A DNA stretch of 64,000 bases from a virus: IMG/VR virus record IMGVR_UViG_3300012642_000011, positions 320,001 to 384,000 of that record; one strand, written 5' to 3'. Under the pieces are notes generated by a model that saw nothing but the letters and a program-made list of their open reading frames with translations, had not been told where the DNA came from and ran no database searches. Below, in pieces: positions 55,098 through 64,000 of this stretch. How positions within the stretch are numbered: position 1 is the stretch's first letter; every line of letters starts with the position of its first letter. Both the position numbers and the translations under genes were made by a program.

Positions 55098-58000
55098 CTC
55101 TCTGTTTCAATTTTCTTCTCGTAAAGAGACAACAGGAACTCGTCATTGATAACGTTCTCGTTGAATTGATCTCTGAATCGATCAGCATAAGCAGTGATGT
55201 ACATGGATCGCACAGCATTGTAGTTTCCAAGTACCCAATGTTTATTGTACTCCTGCTCATCAATATAAGGCTTGATTTCCTCAGGAAGCGTTGGGATCAA
55301 ACTATCCTTGTTTTCATCTCCGCTTTCCCTATGCTCTACAATCCTTCTGTCAACCTCATTGATCTTGCGCTCAAAAGTATTTCTTACCTTCTCTTCAATG
55401 TATGGTCTCCTCTTGTCTGTAGCATCATTGATCATCTGTTGATACTTAGCGTAGAAATTATCTTCTTTCAAAGATTCAGTCTTGACGTGCTTAGCCCTGT
55501 TGTTGGCATCATTCATGGCAGCATAGATTCTTTCTGCTTGCTCACGTGTCAACTTTCCTCTACTGTTGACCTTATTCTGGTTCTTTGCAGTCTTCCTTTG
55601 ATGCTTTTGTTGCTTATGTAGCATCTTCTTCTCTATTCGTGCTGTTTCCCTTGCATCCTTAACAACCCTTTCAGGAGTCAAAACTTCCTCATGGTACTTG
55701 ACTTCTGAACCTTCATACTCTGCAATCTTAGATCTTCCATCGACGCCTTCAACAGTACTGTCCATCTCATCAAAGAAGCAGCGTCTGCAATAAAGGTTTC
55801 CAGCAGCATCCTTGCCGCCCTTGAAGTTAAAGGTTCCACTGTCAGGAGAGAGGTCTTGTCCACATCTGTTGCAGTGGTATTCTTTCTTACCTACCTTTGC
55901 TGTAACGGGGGAGAGAAGACCTGCTGTGTCCTCTTCAAGACAGGTGTTGCAGAAGTACTTTCCAGATGCATCTCTACCTCCATAGAACACCCCTGAACCG
56001 TCTCGATCAAGTGGTTCACCACAACCTCCACATGTATGTTGACCAATTGATGCATGGCCCATGTTCTGTTTTGAGATTTCGTACTGAGTAATAATGTTTC
56101 TCAAGTGCTTATTACGATAAGTGATGTTCGTCATCTCATTCTTGAAACCATAAGCGAGACCATTCAATGTGCTTCCACCATTTGCTCTTGCTGCTGCAGC
56201 ACCACCAGCGACAGATCCAATCATTCTTCCTGTTGCCACTGTTGGATCAACAGTTGTCTTGCTTACAGTTTTCTTCATTCCTGCAGATACTCTCTGAGCA
56301 GAACGCGTCATGCTGTATCCTGCAAAGCTGAAGGATGACATTGTTCTGAAGACCATTTCTCTTCCCTTGATCAATGCCAACATGGAAACAATGAGAAGAA
56401 GGATTCCCTGTATCCATCCAATATCTTCCATCATCTTCAATGCTGCTGATGTGAAGGCAATAGCAAGGACAAGAAGAATTCCTGCAGCAATACGCTTACC
56501 AGTTGCTTGCACTATCAAGGTGATCCAACTCTTAAAGATCTCCCAACCCTGACCTGGGAAACAACCGACCAAGAGGACTACAGGGGCAAACGCAATCATC
56601 AATGTCACACCGATAGCATAAATTGCTGAAAGAGATGCAAAAATGATGATACCAGAAGATCCGACTGCTGCAATGATGACAGCGCTACCTGCCACCCAAA
56701 TCCTCTCCATAGTGTTTCCACCAGTCCATGTGTCCCAATAAGGAGAAACGTTGATGTCATCAGCGATCACTTTGTATTCATCTGTAGGCTCGCCTGGTTC
56801 ACCAGAAGGAGGAACACTCTTCTCGTAGTATCCACTCAAGACATCCGCAACTCTCCACCAATCATTTGCAAGTCCAGTAGTCTTTTTGGCAACATCTCCC
56901 TCGTGACCGATAGGAGCGTGGACATTGGTCTGTGTGCTGATTTGGAACAATGCCCAGTTATGGATGAATGTTCCATCACCCATAGGAACAGCAGCATCTC
57001 CTACCATTTCAGCGTTTTCATCTCTGTTTTCCAGATCTGTTGCGCCATTAGGTGCCCAATCAGGAATTTCTCCTCTTGCCCAAAGATTATTCCAATCTGT
57101 GCCATACTGTGCCTGTGCCCATGGCTTGAGAAGAAGCATTTGCCACATTTGGCACCCTACAGATGACCTGATGGTGGTAGATGCTTGATCAATGATGCTC
57201 ATAGTCTTTTCTGGATTGTCAATTGCATAGTCAACATCAATGGATGAACTAAGAATCTTTCCTTCAAAGCTTCCAATGTCTGTAGCACACATTCCGCCAC
57301 CACCAGAAAGACTATTATTCATAGCGCTAAGAGTGACAGCCTGAATGATCATAGAGAGGTTATTGGGAAGCGTGATAACCCATCCTGGAGAGAACGAAAT
57401 GAAGATGGCGAGGAAGAACAGCACAATGGATCTAATCGTCTCTGAGAGGGCCTGTCTCGTCTTGCCACTGGCTCCTGCACGGATGATGCTAATACCAACA
57501 AACACAAAGACAAGGACAATGAACGGCATGAACACGCTATTGAAGAGAGCAGTGATGAAACCACCTGATGATCCCAATAGTGTGTCAAGACCGATCAAAG
57601 TGATGATGTCACTGAAGGCAATGCCAACAAGAGCAACCGTCAAAACTACAATAATCTTTGCCAGCGTGAAAATCCAGTTAGCAACAATGTTCATGAACGC
57701 TACGCCCACAGGAGGATAACCCTTATTGAAGATCTTTGTTCTAGGATCTTTACTGTCGTTGATGTCAGCCCACACGCTTCGTGGTTCTAGCCTGTCCTCA
57801 TAGAACAATCCCGCTTTAGGATCAGATGGTTCAGTATTTTGAGCACATGCATCAATGACCACATGCCTCCATTCACCCATGTAACCACTGAAAGTAAGTC
57901 CAGCAACACCGAACCTATCGAATGGGTTGATATGCGCGCCCTTATTGAACCTTTCCTCTGGATCAAGTTCCATGTCCACAGGGTATTTCATCTCAGTGAG

Positions 58001-58411
58001 TTCTGTCACATTATAGCCAAGAATATGGCTATTAAGTTCATTGATGTTGGTAACAGAAGTGAGATTTAATATACCGTTCAAAAAAGAATCTACTTTGTCT
58101 GCACCAGAAGTCATAGCACTCTTCGACCTGAAAGCAAACTGAAGATCAGTGGTAGAAGCATACTGATAGATTCTATCTGCAGGCTCAGGGAACACCTCAC
58201 ACATCATGAACTTATTCCATTCCAGTGCAGATGCTGAACTTACTGTAGGTTCATTCTTGTTGCCGAAAGTTGTCAAAGAAGTCATAGTAGGAAGCAAAGC
58301 AACAACAATGAAAAATCCTGCCATGAAGAAGGAGAATATTGATTTGAATGATGCAGGTTTCGTCTTCTTAAATGAAGATGCATCCATATACACTGCATTA
58401 TTCTTCATCAT
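55094..58411 (-). CDS. giant polytopic membrane protein (1105 aa) with two cytoplasmic CxxC-CxxC zinc-ribbon motifs; paralog of the gene at 58408..62601
   Basis: More than 10 transmembrane helices interleaved with a Trp-rich extracytoplasmic loop (CQMWQMLLLKPWAQAQYGTDWNNLWARG ... NWALFQISTQT) that aligns with a segment of the 1397-aa neighbour. Zinc ribbons CGGCGEPLD...CNTC and CNRCGQDL...CRRC are present. Confidence 0.6.
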   Translation of the reverse strand: MMKNNAVYMDASSFKKTKPASFKSIFSFFMAGFFIVVALLPTMTSLTTFGNKNEPTVSSASALEWNKFMMCEVFPEPADRIYQYASTTDLQFAFRSKSAMTSGADKVDSFLNGILNLTSVTNINELNSHILGYNVTELTEMKYPVDMELDPEERFNKGAHINPFDRFGVAGLTFSGYMGEWRHVVIDACAQNTEPSDPKAGLFYEDRLEPRSVWADINDSKDPRTKIFNKGYPPVGVAFMNIVANWIFTLAKIIVVLTVALVGIAFSDIITLIGLDTLLGSSGGFITALFNSVFMPFIVLVFVFVGISIIRAGASGKTRQALSETIRSIVLFFLAIFISFSPGWVITLPNNLSMIIQAVTLSAMNNSLSGGGGMCATDIGSFEGKILSSSIDVDYAIDNPEKTMSIIDQASTTIRSSVGCQMWQMLLLKPWAQAQYGTDWNNLWARGEIPDWAPNGATDLENRDENAEMVGDAAVPMGDGTFIHNWALFQISTQTNVHAPIGHEGDVAKKTTGLANDWWRVADVLSGYYEKSVPPSGEPGEPTDEYKVIADDINVSPYWDTWTGGNTMERIWVAGSAVIIAAVGSSGIIIFASLSAIYAIGVTLMIAFAPVVLLVGCFPGQGWEIFKSWITLIVQATGKRIAAGILLVLAIAFTSAALKMMEDIGWIQGILLLIVSMLALIKGREMVFRTMSSFSFAGYSMTRSAQRVSAGMKKTVSKTTVDPTVATGRMIGSVAGGAAAARANGGSTLNGLAYGFKNEMTNITYRNKHLRNIITQYEISKQNMGHASIGQHTCGGCGEPLDRDGSGVFYGGRDASGKYFCNTCLEEDTAGLLSPVTAKVGKKEYHCNRCGQDLSPDSGTFNFKGGKDAAGNLYCRRCFFDEMDSTVEGVDGRSKIAEYEGSEVKYHEEVLTPERVVKDARETARIEKKMLHKQQKHQRKTAKNQNKVNSRGKLTREQAERIYAAMNDANNRAKHVKTESLKEDNFYAKYQQMINDATDKRRPYIEEKVRNTFERKINEVDRRIVEHRESGDENKDSLIPTLPEEIKPYIDEQEYNKHWVLGNYNAVRSMYITAYADRFRDQFNENVINDEFLLSLYEKKIETER

Positions 58412-61400
58412 TGATCCCCTCCCTCATCTTTCTTATTGTTCTCATACTCTTTTGCTTCTTGAAGGATTCTGATCTCTTTCTCTTTCTCCCCCAAGATAAG
58501 ATCAGACAATGCGTAATTGAAGTCCTGACTTGCCCTGAACTTCTTAATTGCGTCTTCCATCTTTTCTGTAGATGTCCTTCTCTTCTTGATGATCCTTAGA
58601 CGACGCACCTTCACCTTTCCAGTAATCTCTACGTCTGGTGTTGAAACAGGGGATGTTGTTTCATCCTGCTCTGGCTGATGTTGATTGTTCATCTGTTCAC
58701 CGGATGTAGATGTATCATCCTGCTGCTGATCACCTTGATCTGCGTTGGCTTTGTTATAGGCAGCCCTTGCTTCAGAAACTGATGAGAAATCTGTTGAGTA
58801 AGAGTCATCTTCTGCAATCTTATCTATTTCCTCATCCCTCTTTTTAGCCCTAGCATCCATGTACTTTCTAGCAGCCCTTGCTTCAGAAGCAGAGTTGATG
58901 TCAATCTTAGGGTTAGATGGCTTGTAAATCCTTGAACTCTCTGGAATTCCAGCAAGTCCTCGTGTAAAGTCAATGTCATCCTCATTAGCTGGGTTGACTT
59001 TGAACTTCTTGCCATTTTCATCAACTCTCTCCTTGGTAGAGAGGTCATTGTATGCAGAGAGATTCTTTCCATAGTCGTACATACTCATAGTTGAATTTCT
59101 CTTATTCTCATCACCCTTCTGCTCCTCGAAGTCTTTCTTTGTTCCGTAAAGTTCATCTACTGCGCCATTCTCTCTCATCTCGTTTTCAAGATCGTTTCTA
59201 ATCTTATTACTTGTAGAAGAATATGCAGTTCCGAAGGACTCAAGTGCAGAGAATCCACGCCTCCTCTGGTTCTTGTGAACCTTTCCTGTCTCGTAATCGT
59301 AGCCAGCCTTTGCCCCTGCAAGAGCGCCCTTGAGGTCTCTGCTTCCAGACATGTAAGAACCAATTCCACCTGAAACCACGCCCTTGGCCGCAGCCTTAGT
59401 GTGCTCTGCACGATTAGAGATGAACCTGTTTTGACCAAGAACATTAATTGTAGACTTGATAGGCTCATTTGCAATTCCGGCAGCCACATGCCTTCCTATG
59501 CCATTGGTGATGTTAAACGCCCCTTCTAATGCTTCCTTCTTGAGTGAATAGAAGATTACTGCTCCAATACATACAAGGACAAGAGAAATCAGCGGGCTAC
59601 CGCCGAAGTTGGCGAACCCAATCAAAACTTTGAACATAAGAGACATGAGAACAACCAAAACAACACGCTGAATCATCAAGCCCAGAATGGTTGCAGCATA
59701 GCCTCTAAGCATCCTTCTACCTGGTCCGGGGAGGATTCCAACAAGCAGAACAAAAGGAAGCATGATCAGCATTATTGTTGTGATGATAGAAATCTGTATC
59801 TTGACTACAGAATAGGAAATGATCACCACAGATGACACTACAGATGTCACAGCACCAGAGAGACCACTTGTTATCCTGCTGCCATAGTCTTGACCTGTCC
59901 ATGCGCTGAAGTATCGTCCATCTGTTCCAGCACCGTTGTTTGGACCTGCCTGCATGTCAACAATTCTGTAGAAATCGGGATCAATAGAACCATTGGGTTC
60001 TGTCAGATCCTTCTCATAGGCAGTTCCGCTGGTTATTGTGCTCAAATGGTACAAAGCCCAGTTGTTCACAGTTTTTCCGCCGCCCATTTCTACAGGAGCA
60101 GATCCTACAAGTTGCTCATTGGAATTCTGCATGGTTCCCTTGACGCCTTCAGTTCCATTGGCATAAAGTTCGTCGTAGGAAGTTCCCCACTGGCCTACAA
60201 CCCATGGTGTGAATGAGAATGCTCTCCAACTTTCACACATCAAGAATCTCACGTTACCCTGAACACTGTTTCCTGTTGCTTCTCCATCAAATCCAACAGT
60301 GCTATCAGACATGGATTCACCTGTGACAGAACACAAGACATCCTGTGATTTTCCAAAATTAAAGATAGTTCCCATAACCCATGACTCAAAGTTGGTAGGA
60401 ATGGTCTCTACTGCTTTGATGGTTTCTGCTGGCCTAGTTAACAGCGCAACTCCTGCAATCATAGTGAGCATAGCAAGCAAAGCGTTGAGGAACTGCTCTC
60501 TGAAGTTTCTCTTGATAATAACTTGGAAAATCATGATCACGCCGACTGCTGCACCTATGATGACGCTGATAGGGAAGAAGATGCCATCTCTATATGATTC
60601 CATTAGGCTGACAACAATCTTATTGATTCCCAACTCTTCTCCAATAGGCATGAAGGAAAGATTGATGACAGTGTTGGCAATTCTGTTGAAGAAAATAGCA
60701 ATGTCGAGACCAGATTTGGCAATACTGCTGAAAATGAGGTCGATAGGGAAAATAACCTCAAACATACTCTTTTGTGACAATGTGTTTCTTGTATCTACGT
60801 CAGGCTTTGACTGCCCATCAACATATCCGTTTCCGAAGAAGCCATTTTGAATAGGAGGACGTGGAGCACCTCCCCCACACTGGTCATTCAAAGACCCGTC
60901 TGGGTTAAATACCTTAACATTGTGACCATTTATCCTGAGGTCTTTTCCTGAGGAATCAAGGCAAACAAACCTGTTCCATGGAGCATTAAAGTTTCTAGCG
61001 GGATCTTCTTGAATCCATTTAAGGAACTTTTGGCTACTGATAGCATCTTTAGTCCACTCTTTAGTGACTTCTTTTTCAGACTTAATCAGCGCTTCATCTC
61101 TGGCCTTGTTCCATTCCTCTGACCAGCAATTGACAACCTTGGCAACTTCTGCAGCCACAGCCTCTTCGTCTTTTACGTCCAGATTAGGCTTACATGCCAT
61201 GTTATACTTCTCACCGATGGAGAACGCCTTGTCTCTAGCAACCCATTCTTTCAATGACTCTGCTTTTTGGGTTCCATCTTCTGACCATGTATACTTTGCA
61301 TCGTCAACGTCAACAGCACCTTGAGCATCTTTTGCTCTGGACGCACATGCTTCCTCACTGATGCCAGGTGCTCTAGAGGGTTTGACCTTGACTACTTTCC

Positions 61401-62601
61401 CATTACGATCAGCATATTCACAGTAAGAGATGCCTTCTTTTGGACCCTGTGGTGGACTGGAGATGGACAGAAGATCAGCGGGAACTTTTGCCTCTTCTGG
61501 AGTTGTACCCATGACCATAGCAACAAGTTGTTTTACAGCCTCACGGGAGATTTCTTCATTGGAGAGTTCTCTGGCGTTATAGAGCGTGGAACCATAATTG
61601 TCCCTAAACCATGCGTAGTTTGCGACAACATTATAATCTGATGTGTCCAGAACAGTATTCACAGAATCTGTGACAGATCCAATGACAAATCCAGAGTAGA
61701 GACCGCCGATAGCGCCAATGATGTCGCCCTTTTTCATTCCACTGATGAATTCTTCACCGGCTATTCCTAAACCTTTATGTACGCCGGAAAATGCTGCTTT
61801 TCCTGACATACCAATCATGTCCATCATACCGAAGTTAGAAAGCATTCTTGCTGATGTAGCAACTCTAATCTGGTCCCATTCACCGTAGTAGTTGGTGTAT
61901 CTTAGGTTGTATCCGAAGAGTTCAAGACCAGAGTACTTGTAGTATCTTTTGCTTGGATCTGAAGAGGGTTCCATAGCCTTAGTAATTGCACTAGGCATTC
62001 CGAATGCAGGAGTGTCAATTTTAGAAGAGGTCACGTTTGCACCCTTGGGGCCTGTGAATCCAATGAAGGAGATAAGATCTTGAAGCATCTCTGTAGGAAC
62101 GTTAGGGATGTCACAGTTGTGATAGAGAGGCGTTCCTGCCCACTTGTCGTCAACATTACACATGAAGTTTTTATTGACTGTTGTGGGAGTGTCTTTACTG
62201 GTATATGCTAGGGGAGCTTGGTTTAGGTACTTTCCTGCACCTGCAACTCTAGCCAAGGCACCACCAATAGTGTTTCTTTCCTGAGTCGGGTCTACATAAT
62301 CAAATATTGGCTTTTCGCCTTCTTGGTCAGGGTCTTTGAATTCCTTGAAATAATTGTTGAAAGCCTCTCTGACTTTGTTTTGTAGTTCTCTTTCTTGTTT
62401 GTCTGATTCAGAACTTTGTGCGGATGCTGTAGTGGCTTGCATACTGGATGACAATCCTACAAAAGCGAAGGAGATAACCGCTAAAAGGGAAAAGAGCATA
62501 AAAAAGAAAGGTCTGATGATAGAAGTTTTTTCTATCACAGATTTTTCAAGATATACTGATCCCTTGTTCTTAGACATAGATATATTAATCTCCTGTAGCA
62601 C
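58408..62601 (-). CDS. giant membrane protein (1397 aa): N-terminal transmembrane/signal segment, ~550-aa extracytoplasmic domain, multi-transmembrane core and a large cytoplasmic tail
   Basis: SD AGGAGA upstream. Its paralogous block (MCESWRAFSFTPWVVGQWGTSYDELYANG ... NWALYHLSTIT) aligns with the 1105-aa protein. The topology is reminiscent of EsaA/YueB/Pip-like or VirB6/TcpH-like proteins, but there is no sequence-level proof. Confidence 0.6.
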   Translation of the reverse strand: MLQEINISMSKNKGSVYLEKSVIEKTSIIRPFFFMLFSLLAVISFAFVGLSSSMQATTASAQSSESDKQERELQNKVREAFNNYFKEFKDPDQEGEKPIFDYVDPTQERNTIGGALARVAGAGKYLNQAPLAYTSKDTPTTVNKNFMCNVDDKWAGTPLYHNCDIPNVPTEMLQDLISFIGFTGPKGANVTSSKIDTPAFGMPSAITKAMEPSSDPSKRYYKYSGLELFGYNLRYTNYYGEWDQIRVATSARMLSNFGMMDMIGMSGKAAFSGVHKGLGIAGEEFISGMKKGDIIGAIGGLYSGFVIGSVTDSVNTVLDTSDYNVVANYAWFRDNYGSTLYNARELSNEEISREAVKQLVAMVMGTTPEEAKVPADLLSISSPPQGPKEGISYCEYADRNGKVVKVKPSRAPGISEEACASRAKDAQGAVDVDDAKYTWSEDGTQKAESLKEWVARDKAFSIGEKYNMACKPNLDVKDEEAVAAEVAKVVNCWSEEWNKARDEALIKSEKEVTKEWTKDAISSQKFLKWIQEDPARNFNAPWNRFVCLDSSGKDLRINGHNVKVFNPDGSLNDQCGGGAPRPPIQNGFFGNGYVDGQSKPDVDTRNTLSQKSMFEVIFPIDLIFSSIAKSGLDIAIFFNRIANTVINLSFMPIGEELGINKIVVSLMESYRDGIFFPISVIIGAAVGVIMIFQVIIKRNFREQFLNALLAMLTMIAGVALLTRPAETIKAVETIPTNFESWVMGTIFNFGKSQDVLCSVTGESMSDSTVGFDGEATGNSVQGNVRFLMCESWRAFSFTPWVVGQWGTSYDELYANGTEGVKGTMQNSNEQLVGSAPVEMGGGKTVNNWALYHLSTITSGTAYEKDLTEPNGSIDPDFYRIVDMQAGPNNGAGTDGRYFSAWTGQDYGSRITSGLSGAVTSVVSSVVIISYSVVKIQISIITTIMLIMLPFVLLVGILPGPGRRMLRGYAATILGLMIQRVVLVVLMSLMFKVLIGFANFGGSPLISLVLVCIGAVIFYSLKKEALEGAFNITNGIGRHVAAGIANEPIKSTINVLGQNRFISNRAEHTKAAAKGVVSGGIGSYMSGSRDLKGALAGAKAGYDYETGKVHKNQRRRGFSALESFGTAYSSTSNKIRNDLENEMRENGAVDELYGTKKDFEEQKGDENKRNSTMSMYDYGKNLSAYNDLSTKERVDENGKKFKVNPANEDDIDFTRGLAGIPESSRIYKPSNPKIDINSASEARAARKYMDARAKKRDEEIDKIAEDDSYSTDFSSVSEARAAYNKANADQGDQQQDDTSTSGEQMNNQHQPEQDETTSPVSTPDVEITGKVKVRRLRIIKKRRTSTEKMEDAIKKFRASQDFNYALSDLILGEKEKEIRILQEAKEYENNKKDEGGDQ

Positions 62602-62643
62602 CCATTATTTATATCAATTTTCTAATGGGATGATGTTTTATGA

Positions 62644-63195
62644 TCATTCAGATGAATCATCGTCAATGACGTAAGTGATCCCCTTGCATGTATCAGGCCA
62701 GTTGCCACAGAAGCGACATTCATATCCCCATCTCTTTGAATTCTCAGCAAAGTATCCATCTTGAATTTTCACTCTTCTGAAACCAAGCGTTTGTAGCACT
62801 TGTTGGTTCCCGATTAAGGGTACGCCTGGTTCACCATCCCTGTCCTCAACTCTTGGTGTCTTAAGAATAAGTTCTACTCTGCTTGCACCATAACTTGCAA
62901 TCTTCCTTAGCACACTGAAAGTGATCAGAGTCCCAAATCCATCTTTTCTGTAAGGTGTCGATACGCAAACACAGTCAATGACTCCTACTGTTTTGGTTCC
63001 TTTTCCAGGAATCCTTACATTTTTAAAATGGTAAAGTCCAAAACCCACAAATTCCCCGTTGGAAATCTTAATGACCATATGGTATGTATGAGCATAGCTG
63101 CCAAACATTGACTTGAGCACACCTGCACCCAAGGACTCGTTGGCTATCGCTTTGATCTCTGGTGGAAGAGAATTATATGTGAGTTTTGCCGTCAT
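62644..63195 (-). CDS. GNAT-family N-acetyltransferase with a C-terminal Cys cluster
   Basis: The acetyl-CoA binding motif A region VCVSTPYRKDGFGTLI and a C-terminal CRFCGNWPDTC cluster. Confidence 0.55.
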   Translation of the reverse strand: MTAKLTYNSLPPEIKAIANESLGAGVLKSMFGSYAHTYHMVIKISNGEFVGFGLYHFKNVRIPGKGTKTVGVIDCVCVSTPYRKDGFGTLITFSVLRKIASYGASRVELILKTPRVEDRDGEPGVPLIGNQQVLQTLGFRRVKIQDGYFAENSKRWGYECRFCGNWPDTCKGITYVIDDDSSE

Positions 63196-63265
63196 TTCTT
63201 CTCTCTTTTCTGTGTTATCCTAATCATATTGTTGAATATCATAGATGGGTGTGCTCTTTTATTGA

Positions 63266-63619
63266 TCATTTTTGCTTCGTATTAGGAATAACATGATCTA
63301 ATGCTAATTGTCTCCACGTGTCCTTTGTTGGCTTATCAATCTTTCCATTGTTCATGAGTTTCCACAGTTGTCTGATCTTCCAACTCAAACTTGTTTTCAG
63401 CCTTTTGGACTTCCCATATGTTGACTTATTATGCTCATAACTCGTGATCTCAATGAATCCTGGTATCTTTAATTCTCCATTATTCATGATTTCATCAACA
63501 ATGATATCAATGGTCCCATCGATCACATCATGGACAATATCCGGCCTGATTCCAACATGAGTTGAGACTTTTCTTGCAAGTTCTCTTGTGTTTCCTGTTG
63601 CTTTCCTTGGCTCAGGCAT
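63266..63619 (-). CDS. HU/IHF-like DNA-binding protein
   Basis: HU-fold pattern (ARKVSTHVGIRPDIVHDVIDGTIDIIVDEIMNNGELKIPGFIEI) with the arm region following it. Confidence 0.5.
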   Translation of the reverse strand: MPEPRKATGNTRELARKVSTHVGIRPDIVHDVIDGTIDIIVDEIMNNGELKIPGFIEITSYEHNKSTYGKSKRLKTSLSWKIRQLWKLMNNGKIDKPTKDTWRQLALDHVIPNTKQK

Positions 63620-63974
63620 ATGATCCTACTCCATACATGATTGCTGTTCTCAAGAACTTATCTAGCATAGTCATAATCTCTGATTGCAATTCATTCAATG
63701 GGATTGATCCCTTGTTGTTCTCATAGTCAAAGGACCATTTCTTGCTCTCTCGTAGAACGCTTTTGTTCATATGAGAACCGAGATCTTCTGGAATGTCTAT
63801 TTCTATGTCTTCGTAATGATCAACTCTGATAGACACTTTCTTTTGGCCTATTTCCCAGTCAGTTCTTGCAATTTCTTTAACTTTGAATTCCAATTGTTTG
63901 AATGAATGATAGAAAATGTTGTCTTTTTCCTCAGAAGTCAAATTGAGTTTATATTTTGTTGACGCAGTTCTCAT
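63612..63974 (-). CDS. hypothetical protein (120 aa)
   Basis: ORF overlapping the HU-like gene by 8 nt. Confidence 0.4.
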   Translation of the reverse strand: MRTASTKYKLNLTSEEKDNIFYHSFKQLEFKVKEIARTDWEIGQKKVSIRVDHYEDIEIDIPEDLGSHMNKSVLRESKKWSFDYENNKGSIPLNELQSEIMTMLDKFLRTAIMYGVGSYA

Positions 63975-64000
63975 TTCTTCGTATGCAGCAAGTTTGAGAT

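Overview
The window has three parts. (i) 1..~6350 is a moderately GC-rich segment of small genes on both strands, with two tandem paralog pairs, a C-terminally anchored protein and an HNH endonuclease. Its intergenic regions carry two recurring, strand-invariant short motifs, GGACGCTCCAT and GGGGACACAG, plus many rho-independent terminators. (ii) ~6400..9300 is a junction holding three minus-strand tRNA genes (Leu-UAA, Glu-UUC, Asn-GUU), structured non-coding spacers with long perfect hairpins, and an IS200/IS605-family element with divergent tnpA (Y1 HuH transposase) and tnpB (RuvC-like RNA-guided nuclease). (iii) 9300..64000 is AT-rich, densely packed and almost entirely minus-strand, and resembles the replication/nucleotide-metabolism module of a large phage or phage-like mobile element. 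It encodes an R-S-E ADP-ribosyltransferase, class Ib ribonucleotide reductase NrdE interrupted by two LAGLIDADG inteins, a free-standing multi-zinc-ribbon homing-endonuclease-like gene between nrdE and nrdF, NrdF, a RecG-like helicase, a Clp/Hsp100-like AAA+ ATPase, the DnaN sliding clamp, a class A PBP with a PASTA domain, the DnaB helicase, a MoxR-like AAA_5 ATPase, RecA, a DUF2201-type metallopeptidase-VWA protein, an HNH nuclease, an ATP-dependent RNA ligase, a BI-1/YccA-family membrane protein, an FtsK/VirD4-like P-loop protein apparently split by an in-frame TGA, a putative SSB, secreted and surface proteins, two paralogous giant polytopic membrane proteins, a GNAT acetyltransferase and an HU-like protein. 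Main caveats: two genes appear interrupted by in-frame stops (TAG at 994-996, TGA at 45086-45088), and there is a sharp compositional discontinuity around the tRNA/IS junction.
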